A DNA stretch of 64,000 nucleotides from Podarcis gaigeae (taxonomy: Eukaryota), in assembly GCA_964106915.2 (NCBI GenBank), contig OZ066918.1; one strand, written 5' to 3'. The translations under genes were made by a program, and so were the position numbers. The stretch's first letter is position 1. Each line of letters begins with the position of its first letter. Shown here in pieces: positions 11,597 to 26,000 of this stretch. The notes below the pieces were generated by a model. That model was not told where the DNA came from, searched no databases, and saw nothing but the letters and a program-made list of their open reading frames with translations.

Positions 11597-14069
11597 GTAG
11601 TCTGAAAAGCTATTGGCAAACACACAGACTTTGCAGGCTTCAAAAACGTGTAAAAAGACCTTGACTTCTCATATCTCTCGAACAGCCTTCTTCAGTAGCA
11701 GGGTGTTCTGTCCCGGAGTCCTAGAAAGGAGTTGCCATTTGAGGATATGTCACCTATCGTAAAATGTATGCTCTCATGGTTCCCCCCCCCCCCAGGTGCA
11801 CTTGTTATGTTTGGTTAGTTGCCTTTCATTTACTGGGGGCACACAACAGTTAACAGGATTTGGATCATAGAAATTAGCATGGTCTTGGGGCAGGGGTCAT
11901 CAAGTTCATGTCATTTCTATACAGCATATTATTTCCTATGAAACATGTTCAGTTCAGTCTAGAACAGGGGTAGTCAACCTTTTTTATACCTACCACCCAC
12001 TAATTCATCTTTCTTGATGGTAAAATTTCCTTACTGCCCGCCAGTGCTCAGTGAAAGAAGGATTCAGCTTGTGCCGTAGAACCCCCTACCGCCCTCCTAG
12101 AATCCTGAAATGCCCACTAGTGGGCAGTAGGGACCAGGTTGACAACCCCTGGTCCAGAAGCTCCTGGGTGAGGGAAGTAAAACAGAAGTCCTCCTTGCCA
12201 TCTAGAAGGGATTCTTCCCACCCTAAATTGTGGTGTAAAAGAAAGATGCTCTATAGAAGGTGGTGGTTGTCATGTTCTGCAGTCACACTGTACCTGCCAC
12301 ATATGCTCATAGGTAAAGTTTTGACATTTCTTCTTTTTTTGCCTGGAATTTTGCCCACTTTATTTAGCTTTAACATAGTGAATGATGGAAATCTAAAGCC
12401 TTAACATCACAGCTTATACTTAAGTATATTCTTCAATAGCTTTTGGTGTTGGAGAAATAATCTGTATCTATCACTGCCTCACTGTGGCAAATGGAACATT
12501 GGGCTGTGGTGAGCCCAATCTTGGGACTAACATGGAGATGCAAACTGATGTGCCTTCACCTCCCACTTTCAGGTTGGAGGTGGATATTGGAGGCAGAAGC
12601 TTATGGGCTTATCTCTGCGCCTAAGGGGTGTTCCAAACTTGGAGCCACTGTTGGACACAGAGGCAGATCAAGTCAGGATGCCTCTGCCTTCAGCTGTGAG
12701 ATGAAGCGGGAAAGTGGAGGCCCATCAGCTTGTCTCTGTGCCTGAATGTGCTCTGAGCTTTTAGCGCCCAACCTTCTGTCCTAACAGTGAGCTGTGGGCA
12801 AGCAGGAGCTTACTTTCTGCCCCTCCCCAGCTCCAAACTCAGAGCTGAAAAAAGGAGCAGATTCTCTCCTAACATTGTGCTGCATTCGAGATGTAGCAGA
12901 AATAAGGGACAGCACCCCACTCCTTTGGAAAAGGTGGTAACAGCAAAGTTTTGTTTGGTCTGTTGAGTATTTCTTTTACTTGCTTAAGTTTGTCTTGTCT
13001 GTCAAGTGGAATTATGCTGCTTGGTTTAATTTTCATTTTAGGAAAACTCTGCCCCCCAATCTAGGAGTGTCGGGGTTGAAAGAGTTGTCTCTTAGAAATC
13101 ACATTTCTTTATAAAATTACTTTTCATGAATTTGTCCTGAGAATATGGAGGGAGGAAAAACTACTTTGATACATGAGAAGCTCATTATCAGGTCTTCTGC
13201 TTGTCAGCAGCAAAGTTTTGGTACAGCGTGTCCTCTGTAAATCCTGATCAGAATCATCTGATAGGCATCTCACTCTGCATCGTCTGCTTAAATGTAAGAC
13301 ATGTGACCCCAGCCATCCCAAAATGCATTCATGGCTTCCTACGCTCAGCCTCTGTTGTTGACAAATGAAGCTCAGTCTTTGGGGCAGCTGTAACAAGAGC
13401 AGGAAATGAAGCATTTGATCTCTCTCTGGATGTTTGGTAGCTTTTTATTTGGAGAGAAAAGTTGCCTGCTATGCTAATCTGGCATGCTTGACTCTTTCCC
13501 AAGTGAAACTGGGGGTGGGGGTGGATTTGATCAAGCAACTAAAGTAGCCTTGCAAATTGAACATTAATCTACCCACTCAAAAAACCCAGTAGCTCATATT
13601 CACTAGATGCCACAAGAAATCATGGTTTACCCACAATTCCCATTGATGATCACTCATGACATTAGACAGAAGCATCTCTCCAGTTTGAGAGCGAGAGTCT
13701 CTCCCTCAAGATCCCACAAGAGCACTTTGGTCTATGTGCATGTATTTTTTAGGTCTTCTCTGTGCTAGCTCTATGATAGGAACTAGCTTATATGAAAAGC
13801 ATTTGTAATGTGGGAGCACTTCTGAGTTCTTGGTTCAATTATAATATAAGCCTTAAGTATCCAGTACTTTCCAACGCATGGCAGAAGGATTGTAGCTCAG
13901 TGATAGAGCACATGGGTTGCATACAAAAAGATGCCAAATTCAGGTCCTGGCATCTCCCAGGTAAGATTCTTCTCTGAACCCCTCCACTGTGTGTTGTAGA
14001 CAATACTGAAATAGATTGACCCAGTGATGTATATGGCAACTCCCACTGTTCCTAAAACTTTCTAGTCCT

Positions 14070-14144
<75 letters not shown>

Positions 14145-15165
14145 TTTCCCCAGCTACTCTGGGTGGCTTCCAACAAAATATTAAAATACATTAGTCTGCC
14201 AAACATTAAAAGCTTCACCACCACCACCCCCTTTTTGTAAGTGATAATTGGACCTCTTAGGTTCTGTAAGTGGCATATCCAGTCTCCCTTCAATAATAAT
14301 AATTAATTAATACCCCACTCATCTGCAGTCACACTGTACCTGCCACATATGCTCATAGGTAAAGTTGCCCCAGACAGACCATTTCTGTCATCCTGTCATT
14401 AGTTTCAAGAACTCTAGCAAGTTACTTTCTACTTTTGTCTAGTAAAACTTTGGGTCTACATATCAAACAACCTCCGTCTACTCCAGGTGTGTTTGGAGTA
14501 GGGTGCAGGTATGGCTACTCAGGTGCCTTCTTGATCACTATTTTTATCATAACAGTTGCATTTCTGCTTCCAGGACTGTGTCTGATCTCCTCATAGAAAT
14601 TTATTTAAAAATAAATGCTGAGATTTTGACATGTGAATTTTGTAAACAGAAAGGCATTTTTTTTTGTTGCCCACCCTAATGCATTGCCTGTTTACATGAC
14701 TGCCCAAAATCAGATGGCAAAAAAAGAAGTCTTCCTGACAATCTCCCTTGTGCCTTACAATAGAAACCAAGTGAAGCTTTATAAGTGAAATCATCTTATT
14801 TTAAAGTCCTCTTATTCTTCTGAGGCCACTGCACACACTGAGGTTTAGTGTAAGGTGTTCAGTTAATCGATGAACCCATCCAGTTCAAGCAGTCAAGGTT
14901 GAACCCCGTATTTGCTTATGTGGTATTGACCAGCTTATTCCTGTCATGCCCCTTTCCTCTTTTAGTCAATGCCATTTTTTTTATTTTATTTTTTATTTTA
15001 AATGGCAGCTGTGATGAGACTCGCTGGCTGTTCTAACAGCAATGCTGTAAAATGTTAGCAATTTTCACTGTTTTTGCTGCATATCTTTTACCGGATAAAA
15101 TTAATGGCATCAGTAAAACTCTTTATTACTTCCTCTTTTCTGTGCACACTTCTGTGTGTTTGTTT

Positions 15166-15201
<36 letters not shown>

Positions 15202-16981
15202 CGTGCGCGCGTGTGTGTGCACACACACACACAAACAAACACACATATATAATGAGTGAGAGAAAGAACATAGTTAACCCTTCAGGCTTCATACTGTATT
15301 AGGAACAGATATGCACTTTATTCCTTTCTTCTTTGTATCAAAAAGTAGCTTTCTGAGCTGGTGGAATACAAGAACAGCTGTAGTAGCAAAATGAGAAATG
15401 GTCCTAATATAGCAAGATTTGGGGGGGTGCGTCATCAAGTAAGAAAAGCCTTCCATTGAACATCCCCCTAGTGCTAAAACTCATAGAAATAGATTGGAAA
15501 TGGCTTCCAGGATTCTTGATCATCTCTAACGCTTTCCACTTTTATCTTTAATGCTTTGCTGTTTCTTATCCATAAGAAGCTACTGGTTTCAGAACTTCAC
15601 AGGAGACTATTTTCTGTCCAATCATCCCAGCTCTGCATTACAGGGAAGGGAATGAGCAACAGTGGGGGTGGAAATGTCTGAGCAGAGATGGGCTTCTCAT
15701 GAACTTTCCAGTGCTGATTAATTGCCTCTACTTTTTTCCTTCCAGCTCGCGGCCTGGATCACATCGCTGAGAATATCCTGTCGTACCTTGATGCCAAGTC
15801 TTTGTGTGCTGTTGAGCTGGTGTGCAAGGAATGGTACCGAGTGACATCTGACGGCATGCTGTGGAAGAAGCTGATTGAGAGAATGGTCCGGACAGACTCG
15901 CTGTGGAGGGGTTTGGCGGAGCGGAGAGGATGGTGAGAGCATCTTTCATGCATCTTTTCCCTTGCTCAGTGAGGGAGTAGGTGCTGGTTATTTATGACTT
16001 ACAGTGGTATGGTTTTTAAATGGTATGGGACTGTATTCAACGGAATGCTAAGGAGATCATTCCATCAGTGCAAGAATTTCTACTTCTCTGATGGAACGAT
16101 CTTCCATCACCTGCTGTTCTGTGGGTTCTCCAGACCCTCCAGAACAGATTTGAGGATGGCATGGGAAAGGTCCCGTTGTGCTAACAGGAATCCTTGCACT
16201 GACTTAGCCTAGCAAAACAAGTAAATTGAAAACAGCTTTAGGTCATCAGTATGACAGTTCATTTTATTTGAAAATTGAAGACTGCCTTTTAAATTCTACC
16301 ATTCAGTCTTCATTTTTTTTTTCTGAGGCTGTTTTTTGGGCGTATGTATTATTTCCTAACTTGGGGCAGGTAGGCACTTCCCCTTGATCTGGAAGCAGAA
16401 TCCAGTAATTTAGTTCTACCTCCAGAGATGACTGGCCAAGCTTAGTAACAGGAACAGGGGATAAGTCCTCTCATATCCGGAATATATATATATTCTGCTG
16501 CGGTGGTTGTGGTGGCAGCCCCTCCTCTCCCCCATCAAAATTGTTTTTCCTTTAGCAAAAAAGGGAAGGAGAAAATCCCTAGATGCTGTATGGAGTTTTT
16601 AGAGCCACTGTGGTGTAGTGATTAGTGTCAGGATAGGACCAGGGAGACAAGCATTCAAAGCCCCACTTAGCCATCGGGCTCACTGGGTGACCTTGGACCA
16701 GTCACTGCCTCTAACCTTAACCTACCTTACAAGGTTGTTGTGGGGATTAAGTGAGGAGCAGCAGAACTATGTATGCCACCTTTAGATCCTTGGAGAAAAA
16801 GATGGGCTATGAATATAATCACTCAATCAGTCAATAAACCCAATGCCTTTCGGCATATATCAATGTTAGGCCTTCATCGGAGGTTGAAATGTAAAGTCAA
16901 AACAAACTGCAGAGCCATCTGATATAGAAGTCAATTTTTTTTCTTTACTGTCAGGTGATTTGCAATGACTTTAGTCTCTCT

Positions 16982-17016
<35 letters not shown>

Positions 17017-20000
17017 CTTACATTTTTTTTCTTTGGATGCTGGTTTAGCAGCAGATGTGCTGGAAAAGCCCTCCAACCCCATTTCCTCTCTCTCTGCCTT
17101 GCTGTATGAAGGGAAGAGGTGCAAAGCCTTGCTGGGTGGGAGGTAGCAGGGCTGCCAGTTGTAGCTGCAGGTGCCAGATGTGGACCATCAGCCAAGTCCA
17201 GAGTCTGGGGTGGTCACTCTGTTTCACCTCAACCCTCCACCAGTGATGGCCCTTCTTTTGGGTGGGTGAACAAGCAACGTAAGTCTGTGTAACATACAGT
17301 ATCCTTCCCTCCCGTTACTTAGAGCAGTCTTTGATATATTAATTCATTAGACTTTCAGAAGTTTATGTACTCGCTGTACAACTAAAGTAGGTGCATTTTA
17401 CATGTTATGAATGTGTTAGGTCACTTTTGTTTTCCTCAGCAGATTTTCACAATTAGAGACCTGTTTTATCTTTAGCCATAAAGCCAAGAGTACAAACCAC
17501 TGAGGGCAAGCATGCAGAAATTCAGATAGATTAGTTAATCAGACGGAATAGTTTTTTCTATTATGCAAGACTTTCCCCAAGTCTAGAGCTGCTCTGTTAA
17601 CATTTCATTAGATGCTTCGCTCTCTTGGGTAATCCCCTTAATACATAATTTTCTATCCAAGGAGCCTCCCTCGTATGTTGTCTGTGAGGAAATGGGTATG
17701 AATATTTCATAAACAAGACAAAGGTGACAGCTAAGGCATTTTAGCTGCTATTAAAACAAAAATTAAAAATAAGGCCAGAAACTTGCCAAGTGCAAATTCT
17801 ATTAAGGGCTTTGGCACTAGAAATATGTTACAGTTTAATAGATTATGAGGGCAGAAAAAGTGTTTGTGTAATGCTTTCAGTGCTTCAAAAAATACCTAAA
17901 ATACAGTTCTGTATTTAGTATTGATTTCTAGAGGTACCCAGATTACTTTCCCATGGCAGAATTAACAAGCAAGGCACAGACATTACTTTTGCCGCTTCAG
18001 AATCTGTAGTGAGCAAAACTGACTTCTGATTGTGGAGATCTTGGTGGGTCATAGTTAACATGTCAAACAGCACACTGACAAAATGTCTAGGCAGTAATGC
18101 GAATGTGCTGCTTCCAACATCTTCAAGATGCCTGCATAGAGTTCTCTTCCAGGGAGATGAATGATGCATACTCATAAGATAGAAAGTGGGGAATGAGTAG
18201 CTTCTGATACCTTCTCAGCTAACAGTTCAGCACTGGGGTCCTTTTTCTCATTAGGGACACAAATCTGCTAGTTTGCAGAGGGTACCATTGCTTACTTATA
18301 AGGTGTTGCTGAGCTACACACACAACTAGGGAAAGTTTGCAAAGCTTGATATTCTTGTAGGCAAAGCATTATACGTGCCATATTTTAAAACGTGGGAGAT
18401 TTTTTAGAGCTTAGTTTTTCCAGAAATGTGTGTTTGAAATTGTATGTATTTACCCCCCTTGTATCACACTGCTCAGTATTTTTATTAGTCATTTTGTTGA
18501 TTCAAATCACTCTTCCAAAGCAAGGTTTACCTTGCACGTGCCCAGGGCACCTCACGCAAAAGGAAACTTCTCAGTGTATATTTTCAGATTTGTGGCAAGG
18601 AAGGAATGCATAGAAAAAAACCTGTCGGAAATAATGCAACAGTGAAAGGGGGAGCAGAGAGCTGGCCTAGGCTAAATGCCATGCCTCACATGCCAGGATT
18701 ATACTCAGAGGATTTGTGCCCATTTCTGCTTCACAAGGAATGTTGCCAGGCAGAAGAGTTGTTAGTATGCCCATGGTGGGGTTTACTAGCTTCCACACAG
18801 TGTTAGGTGGCTCCTTAACTTTAGGATGAGGAATTTTAAAAAATTTACACAGCATGAAGTGATTGCCGTTCACTGGGTTTTCCTCCCTTTCTCTGGCAAA
18901 AATGTGCATTCCATGACCAGGCTAAGTTGAAGAAGCAGCCAATGCAGTTTACTCAGAAGATTAGAGGAGCAGTAAAATGCTATTGCTGATACTATGAATT
19001 GCTTAATTTCTTTTTGTTTTGGAGCAATTAGAACGTGGGGAACATACTGAGGTCCTCTCCTATTCTCACTCTCCTTTGAAGGACCTTTTATCTATCCACC
19101 TTTACTTGCAAAAGGGCCATATATTTATTTAGATGCCTACTATTTTATGAATTGCCATGTGTCTAAAGGCAGTAGTATTATGATGCGGACCCTACAGCAT
19201 CCCTTTTAAATCTGGTCTAGTCATCCATTTTCATCTACCAAACATAAGAGCTCTACAAGTCTCTCGCAAATCCTTGAATGAAATAGCCATGGCTAAATGA
19301 GCAATGCTGCTTTTCTTTCTTTCTTCCTTTCTTTTAGGGGACAGTATCTTTTTAAGAACAAGCCGCCCGATGGGATAGCCCCTCCCAATTCCTTCTACAG
19401 AGCACTTTATCCCAAAATTATACAGGATATAGAGGTAAGAGCCAGAAAAAAGGCTATGCAATTGTATGTGAAACCCTCATCTGAGCTCCTTTGTTGTGTG
19501 TGAAACCATTCAAATTTCCTACACAGATGCCAGCCAGTTATAGCTTCCTACTGCATCTACCGTAGAATGAAAGAAAAGCTGAATGTGATAGTGTGTACAT
19601 ATTTGTACACATTTTCCCTCTGAGTCCTGTTATAAAAAAACAATTTAGTAGTCTGTCTTTAAGACACTTAGGAGTCATATGTACCAAATCCATGGATATT
19701 TGGTCTCCCCTTCTTTGAAGGGAGTTGAATGTTCAGGCAATTTGATTATACCATCTCACCACAATTAAATCTCAGTGTATTATACCATTTCAGTTCAACT
19801 TCCATGATTACGCTGAATTAAATTTGGCAACCTTTCCGTTGAAGAAGCATCTCACAGTGTCACATTTGTGGTCAAGGGCTGTGCAAAGTTCATCAGAGTA
19901 AGTCTTATCGACTCAAACAAGTGTTTGAGCTTCTCCAAGTGTCACTGAGATCAAGGCAACCTGCATTTTTTACAGTACCCACTGTTGACCTTAATTCTGG

Positions 20001-23000
20001 AGAAGCTGTTCCAAAGAAAAGAAGAGAATTGCAGCCAGTTCAGCATTCTTGAAGACCACTGAAGGGACAGATACCTGTGGAGCCAACAGTGTGGGGGAAG
20101 GGGGAAAACCTACCTAAGGGACAGTCAACACAAGGGGAAATGAACATCCTGGGTTGTATCCAATGTTAGCCCTACTCAGAGTAGACACACTGAAATGAAT
20201 GGAACTAATTAGCCATGCCCACTAATTTCAGCTATATTCTAGATATCTGGTGCATTTGCTTTCTTTGTAATAACTAGAATCATCTTAGAGGGATTTGAAA
20301 CTTTATGGAAGCTAGGGATTGGGAAAGTGGCAGGGAGAAGGACTTGTCCCCTTTCCTTCCAGCTTGCTCTGGGACTATCTAATGATAAATGATTTCAGCA
20401 TCAGAGCCGCTTCTGTTGTCCCAGGAGTCCAGCAGGCTTTATTGGTGCAAAATTTCCATGATGTGTGTTCCACACTTTATAATTGTTTCTCTCTCCCCCA
20501 GACAATAGAATCAAACTGGCGGTGTGGAAGGCACAGCTTACAGCGAATCCACTGCCGAAGTGAAACAAGCAAAGGGGTTTATTGTTTACAATATGATGAT
20601 CAGAAGATAGTAAGTGGCCTCCGAGACAATACCATCAAGGTGAGAGCTCCCCAGTGGGCAATGATTGAACACAAAATCCATTCCCCAGAAGAATGCAGGT
20701 GTAACTTCATTTAGGAGGACTAATGCAAGAGAGAAACTGAGAAGGATGAGGTTAATCCTTGTCTTCCATTTCCCTCCCCTCGTGCCCCCCATCAAGTCTG
20801 ACTATGAATTGCATTGGTTTTCTTCCCTTTCTTCCAAACAAGGAGGATAAATCTATATTATATGTTTCATTTTCTTGCATTCTGTTCAGTGCTAGCCACG
20901 TTATTGGTCCTTCAGTAATTAAAGTCTTCCTGTTCCCTAATGAGAAGGGTAAAGACTATGTTCATATTAAAACAGAGATATTAAGGATAGTTTATATTGC
21001 TCCAAAGTGCCTGTGGAATACAAAGTGCACTGTGTGCCACTTAGAAGAAGTTCTGCTCGCCTTAGTAAATAAAATGCTGCGTTACAGAAAAACAAAAGAG
21101 CCAGTCTAGCAATACAATCTGTTTACCTTGTGGTGAAATCCCAAATGTGTGGCCTTTTTGCCTTCCTAGATTTGGGACAAGAATACGCTAGAATGCAAGA
21201 GGGTTCTGACTGGACACACGGGATCAGTCCTTTGCCTCCAGTACGATGAGCGGGTGATCATCACTGGATCATCGGATTCCACTGTCAGGTAGCTATTTAT
21301 TTATTGAGAATGCTTATATCCCTCCTTTCTAACAAATACAGGCCTCCAAGGCAGTTTACCCCATAATTAAAACAATCCATTTTAGTGAAAAAATATATAA
21401 TAGGCAGAGAATAGAGCCAACAGTCAATAAGCAAAAAAAAGTAAACAGAAAGCAGTTAACCAACCAGATAAAAGCTTTTGAAAATTAAGCCTAAAAGTTA
21501 ACAGTTTGCATGCAGTGTCAAACCGTAGTTTGGAATAAATTATATTGAGATTGGGGGATTATATGATGAGTGTCTTGGCTACCATGCTACTCCTAATGCT
21601 CAAGAAGAGGTTGCAAGTAAGAAAGATGGATTTGCTCCACAAGCCCTATTCAAATTCTGCCCTCAAAACAGAGACGGTGGAAGGCATGCACAAGGAATGG
21701 AAGACTGTTTCTATAAGTTTTGGTAAAAATAGCCTTCAGAGCCAGCAATTTAAATTAAACCCTTGATTCCAGGGTTATCCACACACACACATACACACAC
21801 ACACACACACACCTGTCCTTAGGAAAAGATAGCTGTCAGCACGTTTTCTTGAGCATACAGATTCTGCTTGCATGAAATATCCAATTAAACTGTTTTTCGT
21901 TTAGCAGGAATATTTTAAATTCCTTAATGCCAGCCATTAATATATTATACAATGCTTTTAGCAGGACAAAAGGAATATTTCAAATTGACATTTTTTATTG
22001 CTCAGGAATTGTTCAAGTCCTGCGGCCTAGATTTTTTTTAAAAAACAGTCATAAGAAAGAGCAGCATATTTGGTTCAGGGGTAATTCTGTGTTGGGAGTA
22101 AATTATCCATTTTGGAGGCTTTGCTGATTTGGAATGTGTTAATATGGATTATTTGAAAGCTAAGAAGAGTGAAATGTGCTGAGGAAGGACCTTCCTTTTG
22201 AGAAATTTTGCCCTTGTTCTTTTTAGACATGATTTTTAAAACAAAGGTGGAAGCGCTCCACAAACTAAATTCTGTACTAGTTTAGATGTTGCATTACGCC
22301 CACAAGCACAGAAACTCAGCACATGCAGCAGAAGATTTCAGTCCTCAGATCTTCTTTCCTGTTTTTCCTGTTAAATCCTTTTGTTTTGAGGTTCTTGCTT
22401 TTTCTTAATCTGTTTGGACATTACAGTGTTAACTTTTGTTTGTTGGACTCCGTAGCTGTGCTGTTGACTAAACCCAAAGGAGGACAGTTTGCTTCAAATT
22501 GCAGCCAAGCCCAAGATTCACAGTGTGACACTGAGCAAATTACACATTTTCTCATTTTCAGTTCCCCATATGTAAAATGGATATAGTAATGTCCTACCAC
22601 ACAAAGTTGCTGGGAGGAAGAATTAGATTCTTATTGAAATACTATTTGAATTTACCAAATTAGGCAGACAGACTTACTTATTTAGCACATATTTTACAGG
22701 AATGTTTGGCATATTTCCCCCTTCTGCTTAATAATGGATCTTAAAACATCTCTCTCCTCCCCTTCTTTTCTCTCTTCTGCTACAAATTCCAGAGTGTGGG
22801 ATGTTAATACGGGTGAGATGCTGAACACCCTGATCCATCATTGTGAAGCAGTCCTGCATCTACGTTTTAATAATGGCATGATGGTGACATGCTCCAAAGA
22901 TCGGTCCATTGCCGTGTGGGACATGGCCTCCCCAACAGACATCACACTACGAAGGGTACTGGTTGGACACAGGGCAGCTGTCAATGTGGTCGACTTCGAT

Positions 23001-26000
23001 GACAAATACATTGTATCAGCATCGGGGGACAGAACGATTAAGGTGCAAACCATGAAGTCATGATGACATTGGACATTTATTTTATTTATTTCTTTTTCGC
23101 ACTACATTTATACTGCCTTCCTATACTGCCTTCATCAAGAGGGCATGGTTCCCTTCTTCACACACACTTTGATTCTCATCATCATGCTGTTAGTGTAGAT
23201 TGGGCTGAGAGAGTGGGTGGCTGGCTTAAGGCCATCCTTTTAGTTTTATGCCTGAGTGGGAATGTGATCCAGAGCCTCCTAGTCTTTAATCCAACACTCA
23301 GACCATCACACCACATTGTCTCCCATCAACAATCTATGACTTTTTCATAAACATCCCTGTCCATTATTTTCTTCTGTATGTACTTGTGTCTCTCTTACAG
23401 GTCTGGAACACAAGTACCTGTGAGTTTGTGCGTACATTGAATGGCCACAAGCGAGGTATTGCATGTCTACAGTACAGAGACAGACTAGTAGTGAGTGGTT
23501 CATCAGATAATACAATCAGGTAAGAAACACAACAGTTACCTGAACAGCATGCTGCCTCTCTCAGAGCCAAACCATACATTACACTTCAGTGTTTGCAGTC
23601 TCCTCAAATGGCCATTTTTTCACAAAATGCCAATTTGAGACAAAGCAGTGGTGAAGGTATACTTAAACATGTTCTTGTCTGTTCCCACTCCAAAGGCCCT
23701 GCTCCAGCACCTTATCGTTTAAAAAGAAGCATTCAGTATTAGACTAATGCTGCATGCAATTGTAATGTGCTCTTTAGCACATCTACTTGCCCTCTACTTA
23801 TTAAACTGAGATTGTACTGCTTCTGATTGCAGGTGAAGGATTGCACTTCTGAATTCTCCCCCGCATACAAAACACAATAAGCTTTTTTCTTTTAAAAACA
23901 AACAAACTAGTATAGCAGATAGAGGCCTGTTCTTGTGCCTTTGTCCTGCTTTTTTAAAAAAAATAAAATTGGGGGAAGATGGTTCATTATTATTTTTGGT
24001 TAAATGTAGGGGAGCATTCAGGACAGGTATCCCTCACCTGCAATTTGAAGTGATGTGGCTCAGAATTGATTGGTCAGAATTGAGCAAGTAGAAAGTACTA
24101 TCTTCCTATACTCTTCTGTGTACCTCATCCTTACTCATTTAAAGCTATACAAGTTGTTCTTTTTGTGAACTATGGTGATGAGTTGCCTCTATAGCCATGA
24201 GCTGCTTCATGGTTCAATCATCTTGTCAATGCAAATATTTGTGCACTTGCTTAAAGGGTTTATTCCGTTCATGTGCTCTTCTTTCCTGCAAGAAATGACG
24301 TGTCAGCCCAATCATCATTCTTTTTTAATCGAAAGCTTTGGTCATAGCGGTTTGAGCACCAACTCACATGGACAGTGCATTGACAATCTGCTTTTTAAAT
24401 TGTCCCCAGCAACAATTCAAGCAAGACAAAAGTTGCCATACTCCTAAAGCTATACAGTTTAGTGAGTGTGCACATATTAAAAAATGGGTAATGGATCCCT
24501 CTTAATCAGACCAACAGAGCTCATTCAAATTAATGGTATCATCTTTCCTCATCCGTTGTGCATAATTCTCCGGGTCCAAGGTCAAATGTATGGAATCACT
24601 GTGTGTCCAAATAAACATACAAAACAAAGAAACAATTCCTTTCATTAAGGGACTTAAGAGGCTGGTAATTGACTAGTGTAGCTTTTAGAGAAAGCTAGTT
24701 ACTGAAGGTAATTGCAGTAACATGAGTAATGAAAACAAACAAGTCAGGGTACTGCAGCAGACAATTTAAATGAGAGACATGGGGAATTGTAAGGGGACAG
24801 TTGAAGCTATTAACCAATTATCACCTTCACTCAACAGCTGCATTCTATTTAACACCTTGTAAAGATCAAAAGATTTGCAAATAACACCATGGCTTTGCTT
24901 GGGGGGGGGGACCAGGACACACATACATTTGGGGGGTTGGGGATGCCTTCATGGTATGGCTAAACAAAAGATAAGACAAACCTTGTTTTGAGAAAATTTT
25001 AAGTTTAAATGAGTTTAAACGTGGATCCAGCACTCTACTGTCCACCTCTTAAGAAATAGCAACATCAAAGACAATCTAAAAAGCATACAATTCGGAAAGC
25101 CCAAACATCTACAGTAATCCAAACAGGAAATAGTTAAACTCTGCAGAGCTTGGAAAAGTAACCACAAATACTACACACAGTAATAACCAACAAATATAAA
25201 TGTCAATATGGTAATAAATTTAAAGAGGAATACAATTACTTTTATGCTTACACTGAATAAAATCCTTGTGCTGGAATTTTTGCAGTGGTTGGCAACATAT
25301 CTCAGCAGAATGCAGGTTATGTGCACAGTTGGCCCACAAGTTCCCAAAGATCAGTTTTCAAAATTGGCTTGGGGTGGCTGTTTCTCCCATCCTCCTCTCC
25401 TGTATTTTCAGTGTAGAGTATAAACCACCTGCGCACAAACTATCTTTTGTGTTCTGTGCAGCAATTCACATTTGGTCAGTGGGTAATCACAAAAGGTTTA
25501 GCATCAACACAGTGGAATGAAGTAGGATTATATCAAGTAGCAACTGTAATAGATAGATGGGAAACCCACTGTGTGATATTGTCATTCCTATTTAATTGTA
25601 ACTCGGATGAACAAGCATAGGGCCCAGCAAAACCTTCATGACAAAAAATTATGTGAATGGCTTCAAAATTATTGTGCAGTTTTCTTTTGGAGATGATAGG
25701 GGGTGACACTGTTTAAATTTGCCTATATCATGTGCTCTTTCCACACAGAAAAGCAAGGACATTTTTCACCTTCTGTTAGCAACCGCTTTGTCAGTGTAAT
25801 GTGAAACATGCTTTAATTGACTGAGGCATTTCCTGTTTAATCAGAAGAAAAAAACAGCTGCCTATGGGTTAAGCTAAATGTTACAGCAGCAGAGAGGCAC
25901 ATGTGTAATAGTTATCCCACATTCATACCATACATTTAGGGCACTATGTTAGCACTGTCATGACAGTCTCCTAACAAATACCCATATTTAGTGCATTTTG

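Noticed and set aside
15718-15953. Three minus-strand ORFs over the F-box exon (similar ones at 22838, 23364, 26386, 49564, 51387, 57214)
   Set aside because: Antisense shadows of real + strand exons.
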